DNA from: an uncultured bacterium
Lineage (GTDB): Bacteria; Bacillota_I; Bacilli_A; RFN20; CAG-826
Length of the DNA stretch: 64,000 nucleotides
Assembly: GCA_949285455.1 (NCBI GenBank)
Contig: CASDXP010000003.1
Coordinates: 67,210 to 131,209, forward strand
Reading direction: 5' to 3'
A program made the position numbers and the translations under genes. The notes beneath the pieces were generated by a model, which saw nothing but the letters and a program-made list of their open reading frames with translations, did no database searches and was not told the origin of the DNA. Shown piece after piece: positions 52,827 through 63,022 of this stretch (positions are counted from its first letter, which is position 1; each line of letters starts with the position of its first letter).

Positions 52827-55238
52827 TTATCTAAATTCTTTAAGAGCATTATAAGGTGCGACTCTATTGATACGACCAATGAATGTAAGCGAGACGAGCG
52901 GAGGGAAAATAAATGTAAATAAGAATGGAAGTAAGAAAGAATAAACATTCCAAGAAATAATTGTGAAGGCAATTGGATTGCGCACCAGTGCACCAACAAT
53001 TACTTGATTTAATACTGGGGTAAGAGCCATACCGCACATAACACCGATGAAAATAGAGACAAAAGTTAGCAATATAATCGTAATCAAAAAAGATGTATAA
53101 ATATGTTTGTTATCGATAGCTAAACACTTCATGATAGCTATTTCACGATATTTATCTTTAAGAATAGTAATTATCCAAAGCAGTAGAACGATTCCAGCTA
53201 TAATAAGAAACACTAAGCCAATGAGAGAAATGAAAATTCCCGTTCCGCCGGAAAAGAAATCCGAGAAAGTGTAAACAATATGCCCTGTCGTTTGAACACG
53301 CACTCCGTGACTAAACAAATAATTAATTTTATTAGGAATATTTTCAACATTAATATAAACGTTAGAGCGATAGACAGTCTGTTTTAATAGTTGATTGAAA
53401 ATATCGCTTGTAACATATATTTCTGAATAATTATCGTCGCTAACACCAACGATAGTTACTTCTTCCCAAAAGGATGATAAATCTTGATAACAAATTTCGG
53501 TGTTATTACGATTTTCTGAAAGATAAGTATCGAAATCAGGAATTTCAAAAGTTAGCCCTACAGCATCTGAAGGCGATACAGCACCTAAGTAATTAGTAAT
53601 AAAACTTTGGCTTACAACGATTTCGTTATTATTAGTAATTTCACTACCATAAATTAAATTTTGTCCGTTAAAACTAGCATATTTTTGAAATTGTGTCGCT
53701 GGAGCGTCACCAATTTTTTGTAGAGCATGTACTTCCATCACACTATTTAAATCGCATAACGAAAAATAATAGTCATATGATATAAATCCGATATATGAAG
53801 AACTATCAGGATTTATAACAGTTTCTTTTGCTTTAATAGTCTCGCTAGCGATAGGAACGTCGTGCGGAACACCAAATACATCATTTACTTCTAATGATGT
53901 TAGCCCATACTGCGATGCAGCATAACGAAGAAAATCAAAAGTTAATATTTCATTTTCTGGAATTTGATATTCTTTGCCTTCATAAATTATTGTATCGGAT
54001 TGAGCAGCAAGAAGACTTATAAAATAAGTGTTATAACCAGATCCAGGCTCTGGAGCGATCATTGTGCTATCAACATGTGGATAGTAGTTTTCCTTATCAT
54101 ATTCTGCGACTTGATGTAATTCCACGCCTTCATAACAATTTGAGTTGTTGCACTTGAAATACAAATATGAATAATGAAGTCTTTCGTCATTTATTTCTTC
54201 TTGGACGTGTAAACCAACATTATAGAAAGTAAAATTAAAAGCATTAAATATAAGTGCAAAAGCGAAAATTAAAGCGATGAAAGATGCGACTGTTCTTCCA
54301 ACCCGACTAAGAATGTTTCTTAAACTGTAATGTAGTAAAAATGAACGTTTATTATTTTGACGGTCCGAAGTAATAAAATTTGTTTTTTCAGTTTTTCTTT
54401 CTTTTAATTTGACGAGAACTTTATCTTTTGTATTTATTAAACGTTGAATTTCATCTTGATAATTACTCTTCGTCCAAGTAACTTCTGTTCCATTGATAAT
54501 TAAATGTAATTCGCCTAAAGAAAATAGTTTTTCTATGAGAGGATTAAAAGCACTTTTTCCCTCTTCTTTTAAATTGAGAATATAACTTATTCCTACTTGT
54601 TCTTTTTTAGTTAACTTGCCATCATCAATGTCATAGATTTCATCTGCGTATTGATAGGCTAGTTCTAAATCGTGGGAGACGACGATAACAAGTTTTTCTT
54701 TAGAGATACTTTTGATAAGTTCCATCACCGTGCGAGAATTATCTTTATCTAAATTACCAGTTGGTTCATCCATTAAGAATACTTCTCCGCCTTTGATATA
54801 ACTTCTTAAGATGGCAAGTCTTTGCCTTTCTCCACCTGAAAGATATTTCACTTTGGTGTTCAAAGATATTTCGCAGTTAAATTGCTCTAATAGCTTTTTA
54901 AGGACTTCTTTATCTTTTTGGTAAAGACTTAAATTTTCATAGACTGTAAGATTTTCAAATAAGTTATATTCTTGGAAGACGAAAGATATCTTACTAGAAA
55001 TAAAATTCGTTTTATTTTTGATAATTTGATCATCGAAAAGAATCTCTCCACTGGTAGGAGAATCAAGTAAACCTAAGATAGAAAGAATAGTAGATTTACC
55101 ACTTCCTGAAACACCAGTAAGAAAATAAAGTTTACTACCTTCAAAAACACAAGAGATATCTTTCAATATTTCTTTTTGCTTCTTACTTTTCTTATCTATT
55201 TCAAAAGATTTGGTAATATTTCTTAGTTCAATTTTCAT
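52827..55238 (-). CDS. fused ABC ATPase + FtsX-like permease (MacB-like) transporter, 803 aa
   Basis: N-terminal Walker A GVSGSGKST, signature LSGGERQRLAILR, Walker B FLMDEPTGNLD; C-terminal TM helices with FtsX-type arrangement. Confidence 0.7.
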   Translation of the reverse strand: MKIELRNITKSFEIDKKSKKQKEILKDISCVFEGSKLYFLTGVSGSGKSTILSILGLLDSPTSGEILFDDQIIKNKTNFISSKISFVFQEYNLFENLTVYENLSLYQKDKEVLKKLLEQFNCEISLNTKVKYLSGGERQRLAILRSYIKGGEVFLMDEPTGNLDKDNSRTVMELIKSISKEKLVIVVSHDLELAYQYADEIYDIDDGKLTKKEQVGISYILNLKEEGKSAFNPLIEKLFSLGELHLIINGTEVTWTKSNYQDEIQRLINTKDKVLVKLKERKTEKTNFITSDRQNNKRSFLLHYSLRNILSRVGRTVASFIALIFAFALIFNAFNFTFYNVGLHVQEEINDERLHYSYLYFKCNNSNCYEGVELHQVAEYDKENYYPHVDSTMIAPEPGSGYNTYFISLLAAQSDTIIYEGKEYQIPENEILTFDFLRYAASQYGLTSLEVNDVFGVPHDVPIASETIKAKETVINPDSSSYIGFISYDYYFSLCDLNSVMEVHALQKIGDAPATQFQKYASFNGQNLIYGSEITNNNEIVVSQSFITNYLGAVSPSDAVGLTFEIPDFDTYLSENRNNTEICYQDLSSFWEEVTIVGVSDDNYSEIYVTSDIFNQLLKQTVYRSNVYINVENIPNKINYLFSHGVRVQTTGHIVYTFSDFFSGGTGIFISLIGLVFLIIAGIVLLLWIITILKDKYREIAIMKCLAIDNKHIYTSFLITIILLTFVSIFIGVMCGMALTPVLNQVIVGALVRNPIAFTIISWNVYSFLLPFLFTFIFPPLVSLTFIGRINRVAPYNALKEFR

Positions 55239-55517
55239 AGTAATAATCTAATTGTTCGTTAAGTAGTTAGAACATCAAAGCCGCTAAAAAGAAATTTAAT
55301 AATGCAACAATCTTTTTCATATTTACATTTTATGGTTAAGCCTATTTTTAGTCAATTACATTAATACTTATTAATGCACGATGAAAAATAACAAATTGTT
55401 GTTTAAATTCTTTTTCTAGCTAAGCATAAGAACAATAGTATAATCTTTACTAGCAGCAACTTTAGTTTTTAAAAATTAAGTCCTATCCTTATAATAAAGG
55501 TGTGAGGATAAACATTT

Positions 55518-58500
55518 ATGAAACTATTCACTAAGCAAATGTTAGGCATTTTAAGCGCTGTTACTGTTGGGCTTGTTGCAGTTTTAATTGTCGGACAAAG
55601 TGGGTTTATTGCCCCTACTTCTAGTAACTTATCAACTTATACGATCACGATGAACAATGAGACGACGAATGATTGGGATTTTTTAAGCAAGAGCGAGTAC
55701 AACACAACTGAGGAAGTTTTTAGATACACAAAATTCAAATTCGAAGATGAAATTAGAGGCACGGAAAATGGTTATTCTTTGCAACTTCAAGCAAATACTG
55801 GAAAAGTATATAACACCTCTCCTATCAATGGTTTAATATCTTTAAGTGTCTCGTATGTTCCAGGCGCTAATCTTATCGCTAGTTTTGGTAATGAAAGTAA
55901 TCCGTCCACTTCTAGTTTCAATATTGTTTCTGGCAAAACTTATTCTTTAAGTGAATATGCTCAAAATACATATCTTTCTATTAAAACTGATTCTAGTTAC
56001 GCAAGAATTAGTGAAATTAAAATTACTTATTCTTGTATACCAGTTGAACAAACAACTCTTACAAGTTTAAATATTACCTCGTTACCGCATAAGACAACTT
56101 ATGTTGTTGGAAATACATTAGACACGACTGGTCTAGTTTTAAGCGCTAATTATAGTGATGGTTCAAGTAAGGTCGTGACAAATCAATGTGTTCTTGATCC
56201 TAAGAACGGTGATATTTTAAACACAGTTGGAAGACAAACTGTCACATGTACATATAGCGAAAATGGTACGAGTGTAAGCACAAACTTTACTGTCGAAGTA
56301 AGTGCTTCTACTAGCGAAGGAATTAGTGAAATTATTCTTAGCGCTAGCCCGAATAAAATTGAAGTTGGTAAAACTACTACTATCAATTTAGAAGTCGTTC
56401 CTTCTACCGCTTCAAGAAGTGTTACTTGGTCATCGAGTGATAATAATATCGCTACTGTTAGTTCCACTGGTGTAGTTACTGGAATTAGTGAAGGAATAGT
56501 TATTATCACTGCAACTTCCACACAAAATACAAATATCAAAGGTACAGTTGAAATAAAAGTGTTAGGTTCAGGTGGAGTTGAACCAGGTGTAAAAACCTAC
56601 ACTAAAGTCACTGAAACTCCTGAAGATTGGAGTGGTCAATATTTAATTGTTTATAACAGTTGGGCGTTCGATGGTTCATTAACGAAACTCGATGCAGTGA
56701 ATAACTATCAAACTATCACAATTGAAAACGACACAATTGAAGAAGAAAAAGATATTTATTTCACTATTGAAAAGTTAGATAACAATACTTATTCAATTCA
56801 ATCTGCGAGTGGTTATTATATTGGGTGCACTGGCGAAAAAGGCTTATCATCTAGTCAAACACAAAAATATGAACATACTATAAGTTTAAATAATGATACA
56901 ACAGTTGATGTTGTTACCACTAGTAATGCAACTCTACAATTCAATAATCAGAATGATCAAAATAGATTTAGATATTATACGAGTGGTCAAAAGGCTATCG
57001 AACTTTATCGTAACGGTACATCTTCTAGCGGAGGCGAAGATGAAAAAACATTATCGTTAAGCGCTAGTAAGACGACGATTAAAGTTGATGAAACTATTAC
57101 CTTAGAAGTTAAATCTAATTTCTCCACTAGTGTGACTTTTTCTTCAAGCGATGAAAATATCGCTACTGTAAGTGATGCTGGGCTTGTAAAAGGCATCAGC
57201 GTTGGCACTACAACTATTACCGCTACCTCAACTGTAGATGAGACAATTAAAGCTAATATTACAATTAAAGTTATTGACGCAAGTGAAGTTCACCCTGAAA
57301 TCATTCTTGTATCAGATTATAAAGACGCATATAACGTAGGTGAAAAATTAGATTTTACTGGAATCAAAGTTACTGGTTACTACGAAGATTTATCTGAAAT
57401 TGATGTAACTGGCCAATGTAGTTTCTCACCCGCAAGTGGAACGATATTAAATGAGGCGGGCACATTTACTATTACCTGCACTTATATTCCAATTGCTGGA
57501 ATAACTGATGAATTCAATATTACAGTCAAAGGTGAAACGCAAACGTTAACAAAACAAGATGTCAAATATAATTATCATGATTTAAAACAAAATAGTATTT
57601 ATAATACCCCTGCCATGCCTTCGACTGGTAACGGCAAAATGTTAGTGGTCCCAATTTGGTTCGCTGATTCAAGTAATTACATTAATAGTGCTGAAAAAAC
57701 TTCTGTTAAAAATGATATTGAAGAAGCTTACTTTGGTGAACCTAATACTTCTTCTTTACCGTGGCATTCAGTAAAAAGTTATTATGAAACTGAATCAAAA
57801 GGCACTCTTAGTTTAAGTGGGATGGTCACTGATTGGTATGAGACGAGTTATGAGTCCACCACTATTAGTGATGCTCAAGTGAATTTACTCGTCGAAGAAG
57901 TTGGCGATTCCTTAAAACAACAATTAGGTAGTGAATATAATAGTTACGACACAGATAAAGATGGTTATATTGATGCACTCATTCTTATCTATGCCGCACC
58001 TTATAACACGACTGATGATGATTCACCACTTTGGGCGTATTGTTTCTGGCTGCAACAAAATAATTACAACATAAATAGCCCCATCGCTAATACTTATTTC
58101 TGGGCTTCATATAGTTTCATGTATGAAAGTGGCGATAGTTATGTCGACGCTCATACTTTCATTCATGAAATGGGACACGTTTTAGGCTTAGATGATTATT
58201 ATGATTATGCATATGATTATGGTAATAATCCTGCTGGAGGATTTTCTATGCAAGATTACAATGTAGGAAGTCATGATCCATTCTCACAAATGGCTTTAGG
58301 TTGGGTCGAACCTTACGTACCCACTGATAACATCACCATCAAAATTGAAAGTTTTCAAGAATCAGGCGATGTCATCTTACTTTCACCCGAGTGGACTGGT
58401 TCACCATTCGATGAATATTTACTTTTAGAGTTATACACTCCTACTGGTTTAAATGCATATGATATAAATAATTCGGGCACTTATATTTATGGTCCGAACG

Positions 58501-58934
58501 ATATCGGAATAAGGCTTTGGCACGTTGATGCAAGATTGAGACGATATTATGAATCTAGTAATTATATATATGTCGACACATCTAATCATTACACTGATTT
58601 TGTAGAGGGAAATTATTATGGAATCGGCGCGACTAATACCACTTACGTCGCAAATCAAGGTCTAGAAGGATATTATGCAGAAGTAAGCGAAGATCGTAAC
58701 TACGATTTATTAGCCCTTATTCGTAACAGTTGTGCGAACGATGATGAGATGCAAGATAATCTAAATTCTTTAATGCTCTTCAAAGCTGGCGATAGTTTTA
58801 CGATGAGTAGTTATAGATCTCAATTTCCAAAAGGCAGCGTTCTTAATAGCGGTTCATCATTAGGCTTTAGTTTTGAAGTCTTATCGATCGATGAAGAAAA
58901 TCTAACCGCGACGATTCAAATTCAAAAACTTTAA
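55518..58934 (+). CDS. large surface protein: N-terminal anchor, multiple Big_2 Ig-like domains, C-terminal M6 (InhA)-like zinc metallopeptidase domain
   Basis: Signal/TM MLGILSAVTVGLVAVLIV; Big_2 repeats (IATVSSTGVVTGISEGIVIITATS; IATVSDAGLVKGISVGTTTITATS); zinc motif FIHEMGHVLGLDDYYDY matching the M6 HExxHxxGxxD(x)YD signature. Confidence 0.6.
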   Translation: MKLFTKQMLGILSAVTVGLVAVLIVGQSGFIAPTSSNLSTYTITMNNETTNDWDFLSKSEYNTTEEVFRYTKFKFEDEIRGTENGYSLQLQANTGKVYNTSPINGLISLSVSYVPGANLIASFGNESNPSTSSFNIVSGKTYSLSEYAQNTYLSIKTDSSYARISEIKITYSCIPVEQTTLTSLNITSLPHKTTYVVGNTLDTTGLVLSANYSDGSSKVVTNQCVLDPKNGDILNTVGRQTVTCTYSENGTSVSTNFTVEVSASTSEGISEIILSASPNKIEVGKTTTINLEVVPSTASRSVTWSSSDNNIATVSSTGVVTGISEGIVIITATSTQNTNIKGTVEIKVLGSGGVEPGVKTYTKVTETPEDWSGQYLIVYNSWAFDGSLTKLDAVNNYQTITIENDTIEEEKDIYFTIEKLDNNTYSIQSASGYYIGCTGEKGLSSSQTQKYEHTISLNNDTTVDVVTTSNATLQFNNQNDQNRFRYYTSGQKAIELYRNGTSSSGGEDEKTLSLSASKTTIKVDETITLEVKSNFSTSVTFSSSDENIATVSDAGLVKGISVGTTTITATSTVDETIKANITIKVIDASEVHPEIILVSDYKDAYNVGEKLDFTGIKVTGYYEDLSEIDVTGQCSFSPASGTILNEAGTFTITCTYIPIAGITDEFNITVKGETQTLTKQDVKYNYHDLKQNSIYNTPAMPSTGNGKMLVVPIWFADSSNYINSAEKTSVKNDIEEAYFGEPNTSSLPWHSVKSYYETESKGTLSLSGMVTDWYETSYESTTISDAQVNLLVEEVGDSLKQQLGSEYNSYDTDKDGYIDALILIYAAPYNTTDDDSPLWAYCFWLQQNNYNINSPIANTYFWASYSFMYESGDSYVDAHTFIHEMGHVLGLDDYYDYAYDYGNNPAGGFSMQDYNVGSHDPFSQMALGWVEPYVPTDNITIKIESFQESGDVILLSPEWTGSPFDEYLLLELYTPTGLNAYDINNSGTYIYGPNDIGIRLWHVDARLRRYYESSNYIYVDTSNHYTDFVEGNYYGIGATNTTYVANQGLEGYYAEVSEDRNYDLLALIRNSCANDDEMQDNLNSLMLFKAGDSFTMSSYRSQFPKGSVLNSGSSLGFSFEVLSIDEENLTATIQIQKL

Positions 58935-58990
58935 AAATAAAAAAACTGCACATCAAACTGAGTGTTTAAGCCACAATTTGTGTGCAGTAG
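58935..58990. terminator. bidirectional terminator hairpin between convergent protease and mscS genes
   Basis: ctgcacatcaaa...(loop)...atttgtgtgcag inverted repeat; A-run before, T-run on the minus strand after. Confidence 0.5.
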
Positions 58991-58998
58991 AGATAATT

Positions 58999-59952
58999 CT
59001 ATTCTTTATCCACTTTGCCTTCGTGGACGACGATTTGAGGATAAGGAATGGTAATGTTATTTTGATCGAAAATAATTTTAATTTCGCGGTTAATATCACG
59101 TTGCACTTGATAACGCAATAATTCTTTACATTCAGCGATGATGCGAAGCACTACTCCGCTATCGGAAAGCGATTGGACACCGACATAGGTTGGACCATTC
59201 ACAATCGATTTATATTTATCTTTAATCTTTCCTAAATTTTCTTCTAATATTTTCTCAACTTTTTCAATGTCATGAGCGTAGCTAATTGAAACATCACATA
59301 TAGCAGTAGATAGTTTTGAAGTCATATTAATAAGTGTTCTAATATCAGAATTATTGATGACTTTAATATCGCCACCAGCATCTTCGATTTTCGTCGTACG
59401 AATACCCATCTCTTTAACCGTGCCTCTAAAACCATCGACGACAATAATATCTCCAATTTCAAAAGTGTGTTCGAAGACGATGAATATACCAGCGAAGATA
59501 TCTTCGATAAGTGGCTGCGCCCCAAGACCAACAATTAATGATAAGATACCAGCACTGGCAAGCAAGACAGTTGTGTCAATGCCGAGCGTTCCTAAGATAG
59601 CAAATATTAAGATGATCGCGCCTAAATATTTAGCAAAACTTGAAAGCAAACTCGCTAAAGCGCGACCTCTTTTAAACTTAGGACTAATAATTCTTAAAAT
59701 CAAACGTACTGCGTAAGTTATAGTTATGACAACAAAACTTAATGAGACGATGCGTACGAACATATCTAAAGCATATTCAGGCGCTGTGGTTTCAGTTGGA
59801 AATTTTACAAAAGGATTAAATACTTGATACCAATGTTCATTCTTCCAATAATACGAGCCGACGATTAAAAGTACATAAGCGGCAACAATGATAGCGGAAA
59901 CGATTGAATGAATCGTTATCACTAGCTTCTTATTTTTCTTAATTTTACCCAT
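58999..59952 (-). CDS. mscS: small-conductance mechanosensitive channel
   Basis: Three N-terminal TM helices; MscS beta-domain GDIIVVDGFRGTVKEMGIRTTKI. Confidence 0.75.
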   Translation of the reverse strand: MGKIKKNKKLVITIHSIVSAIIVAAYVLLIVGSYYWKNEHWYQVFNPFVKFPTETTAPEYALDMFVRIVSLSFVVITITYAVRLILRIISPKFKRGRALASLLSSFAKYLGAIILIFAILGTLGIDTTVLLASAGILSLIVGLGAQPLIEDIFAGIFIVFEHTFEIGDIIVVDGFRGTVKEMGIRTTKIEDAGGDIKVINNSDIRTLINMTSKLSTAICDVSISYAHDIEKVEKILEENLGKIKDKYKSIVNGPTYVGVQSLSDSGVVLRIIAECKELLRYQVQRDINREIKIIFDQNNITIPYPQIVVHEGKVDKE

Positions 59953-59988
59953 AATTTACCATCCTTTCTTTTTTTAATTATATGTAAA

Positions 59989-61623
59989 TTAAGCAAGTGT
60001 GTTAAATGTATAAGTAAGATAGGTTAGAGTTAATCTAGAATTATCTCTTATTTTTAAAGTATAACTAGCGTTAGATACTAACCCTTCCATACGTAAAGAG
60101 ATTAAATTCGTATTAGCGATAGGTACTATTTCTAATTCTAATTCATCACTCGGTTCATCATTTAATTGTAAATATGCACCTATTTGATCGATTGATACAT
60201 CGCCTAAATCTACTTCGCAGGCAAAAGAAGTACTAGTGATTTCGACACTATTTTGCATGACGCTCATCGGGGTGCAATAACTAAATATTCTGGAAGAACC
60301 AACATCATATCCTTCTTGACTTAAATCTAAACGATAACTTGAATGTAAAATAGGTAAGGTTAAATCTAGTGTATTACTAGTGAATAAATCAGTCTTATTC
60401 AACGTTTCATCATTAAGACAAATTAAGTTCGCATCGATATCATAACCATTTGGGTTATCGATGATAAATGTTAGATTGTAGACGCCATTTATAACATCAA
60501 AATTAGAATCATCGATTGTTATCTCATAATTTGGTATAGGAAGTGTATTAAATTGATAAGTAAAGTAAGTAAATGTTGGTCTATTTAAATCAGTAATCTT
60601 AAGCAAATAATTAGTGTCTGGTAAAAGAGAATAATTTCTAAGAAAAAGCGTCGGTCCATCCGGGCCTGCTTCTAAATCGATTCTTTCACTTGGATTATTA
60701 ACTTCTTCGACGAAAGCACTTATTTGAGTTATATCAATTTCACCATATGTTAATCCCATATCGAGATAAGAAATTCCAATTTCCACTGTTCCATCGACAA
60801 TGTTCATTCCTTCATAATCGCTAAATGTGGTTTGGCCCACTAAAAAATCTTCTTGATAAAGTTCTAGACGATAAGAAGACAAAATATTAGGCAAACTAAA
60901 TTGATAAATTCCTTCTATAGATAATAAATGTTGATTTAACGTTCTATCATTTTCACAAACCAGTAACGCTTCGATATGATAACCATTAGGATTATCGATG
61001 ATAAAAGTTAGATCATATTGCCCGTTAGCCTTATCATATAAACTTGTATCGATATCAATTTCGTAAGTTGGAACATCTAAAGTAGTAAAAGAATTAATTT
61101 CTCCTAAGCTTACTTCTTCCCCATTAGAATTTAAACCTTGCAAATAATAAGTTGAATTGGGAGTTAAATTATAAAAAGAAGCAACGTATTGATTATTTAT
61201 ATCCGTCGGAAATAAATCGACAAGTTCGATGACTTGCCCTTCACCATTTTCTAATTGAATATTTATTTCTTCATAATTGATGTTAGAAAGTTCAAAGAAA
61301 CACTTGGCTTGGCTAATGCCAATAATGCTTTCATCATTTAGAAATAAAACCGAAGTTGAAACTCCAACAATAGTTCCAATCACGATACCGCCAATACCGA
61401 TAGAAATCGAAACTAAACTACCAATTGAAACAGCTTTAGAAGTTGAATCACTAGAGCTAGACGATTCTTCTTCAGCGTTAGGGATTAGCCCGTTCGTAAT
61501 TTGAATTTCGTTATACTCGCCAGTATCATGTGATGTTTCTTTATTGACGACAATATCTTCCACTACAAAATTGTTGAATTCTTCATTTGAGCCATTTGAA
61601 CTATTTTGTTTCATAGACATCAC
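59989..61623 (-). CDS. type-II membrane-anchored surface protein with three tandem internal repeats
   Basis: Ser/Glu-rich N-terminus, single TM (SIGSLVSISIGIGGIVIGTIVGV); repeated modules ...YEIDIDTS...FIIDNPNGYHIEA...SSYRLELYQE... / ...YEITIDDS...FIIDNPNGYDIDA...SSYRLDLSQE...; and ...NxTYxLKIxD...TYxFNTL recurring three times. Confidence 0.4.
   Translation of the reverse strand: MMSMKQNSSNGSNEEFNNFVVEDIVVNKETSHDTGEYNEIQITNGLIPNAEEESSSSSDSTSKAVSIGSLVSISIGIGGIVIGTIVGVSTSVLFLNDESIIGISQAKCFFELSNINYEEINIQLENGEGQVIELVDLFPTDINNQYVASFYNLTPNSTYYLQGLNSNGEEVSLGEINSFTTLDVPTYEIDIDTSLYDKANGQYDLTFIIDNPNGYHIEALLVCENDRTLNQHLLSIEGIYQFSLPNILSSYRLELYQEDFLVGQTTFSDYEGMNIVDGTVEIGISYLDMGLTYGEIDITQISAFVEEVNNPSERIDLEAGPDGPTLFLRNYSLLPDTNYLLKITDLNRPTFTYFTYQFNTLPIPNYEITIDDSNFDVINGVYNLTFIIDNPNGYDIDANLICLNDETLNKTDLFTSNTLDLTLPILHSSYRLDLSQEGYDVGSSRIFSYCTPMSVMQNSVEITSTSFACEVDLGDVSIDQIGAYLQLNDEPSDELELEIVPIANTNLISLRMEGLVSNASYTLKIRDNSRLTLTYLTYTFNTLA
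60330..61100 (-). repeat. intragenic tandem repeats (~530 bp unit, ~70% nucleotide identity) within the 544-aa surface-protein gene
   Basis: e.g. gatatcataaccatttgggttatcgatgataaatgttagattgtag (60434..) vs gatatgataaccattaggattatcgatgataaaagttagatcatat (60974..). Confidence 0.5.
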
Positions 61624-61711
61624 CTAATTAAATTTTTACATGCTGAAAGCGTGTTAGTCAAATAGTATTAAACTTCATAATAAAGAAATTTAAATAATAT
61701 TAAAAAACTTC

Positions 61712-62785
61712 TTATCTTTTTATGTATTTCGCGTCTTTGTATGTTCCGATCTTATATATTTTATTTTCTTTAAGCAATTTTGCTAAGACAGCTTCAATTG
61801 TAGTCACTGAGACATCAGGGAGTAACTTTTTAATTTCTATTTTTGATATTGGAACAATGCTATCTAACACCACTGCTTCGATTCGCTCGTTCTTTTTGGC
61901 TTTTCCACTTTTAGTTTTTATAAATCTTCTATTAATTTCTTTATAGCATTGATAAAGGATTTGGAATGTAAATTCAATAAATGGATAGTAAGTATTATTT
62001 GAGTTGTGCCACTGATTTTGGCTTCTTTCTAAAGCATCGTAGTAATTCACTTTATTTTTATTAATTTGATTTTCAAAGGAGATGTATTTTCCAATATCGT
62101 AACCTTCCTTATATAAAAGTAATAATGTTAGTAGTCTAGAAACGCGACCGTTACCATCGCTGAATGGATGGATAGAAAGAAAATCCACTATTATACAAGG
62201 AATCAATAAAAGTGCAGGAATATTATAATCATCTTTATAAACTTGATAAGCTAAACACAAATCATTCATCGCTTTTTTGGTCTCATAAGCTTTAGTTGGA
62301 ACAAAAATAATACGTTTAATAGTTCCATCCAATTTTTTTTCAGCAATTACATTGTCGCTAGTTTTATACTTTCCACCTTTGTCATATCCTACGTGTCTAG
62401 AAACAAGAAGGGCATGTATCCTTTTTATCGTTTCTTCATTGAAAGAAAGATGCTCGTAATTTTCTTTTACAAACTTAATTGCGTCATGATAACCTGCAAT
62501 TTCTTCTTCGCTATGAGTATGTGGCGCACTATTGTTTTCAATGATTTCTTTAATTCTTTGTTCAGTTGTAAAAATACCCTCAATTGCATTGCTACCTTCA
62601 ACTGATTCTTTGATAGCAATCGTTTCTAATTTAGCGAAAAGCAATTTATTCAAGTCTTTTCTTGCATCCGTTTTACTTTTTAAATCAGTAATAATATTAG
62701 ATAAAGAAAAAAGATCTGAGGTGATTGTTTTATCTTTTAAAAAATCATAAGTAAATTTATGCATAACACGATTTTCTTTCTGCAT
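61712..62785 (-). CDS. Fic-family protein (class II, N-terminal inhibitory helix)
   Basis: Fic motif HPFSDGNGRVSRLL; N-terminal EGSNAIEGI containing SxxxEG inhibitory motif; C-terminal wHTH-like domain. Confidence 0.8.
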   Translation of the reverse strand: MQKENRVMHKFTYDFLKDKTITSDLFSLSNIITDLKSKTDARKDLNKLLFAKLETIAIKESVEGSNAIEGIFTTEQRIKEIIENNSAPHTHSEEEIAGYHDAIKFVKENYEHLSFNEETIKRIHALLVSRHVGYDKGGKYKTSDNVIAEKKLDGTIKRIIFVPTKAYETKKAMNDLCLAYQVYKDDYNIPALLLIPCIIVDFLSIHPFSDGNGRVSRLLTLLLLYKEGYDIGKYISFENQINKNKVNYYDALERSQNQWHNSNNTYYPFIEFTFQILYQCYKEINRRFIKTKSGKAKKNERIEAVVLDSIVPISKIEIKKLLPDVSVTTIEAVLAKLLKENKIYKIGTYKDAKYIKR

Positions 62786-63022
62786 ATATTTTAACGTTTT
62801 ATATGCAGTAAATCAATCGATACTTTTTTAAGGTTGGTTGAAAAACAAAAGCACGGGGCACTGTCGCTACAGAAATTCAAAGTATTAAAGCAATTTTGTC
62901 ATAGATTATATATGTATTTATTTTTGATAATTCAATTATTATTTCTTCACGTTCGTGAGTTCTATTACAAAATTATTTGTGCTCATTTTTATTAAGGGCA
63001 ACGCTATACTTGTTCCTATAAT

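Noticed and set aside
52790-52999. 69-aa ORF overlapping the 3' end of the ABC::FtsX gene on the same strand.
   Set aside because: It is an alternative-frame ORF inside the FtsX permease region. The long ORF has a complete and conserved domain architecture.
62786-63022. Plus-strand TATAAT at 63017-63022 as an antisense promoter into the Fic gene.
   Set aside because: No acceptable -35 or TGn extension at the right spacing. The region is the ordinary upstream spacer of the first Fic gene on the minus strand.
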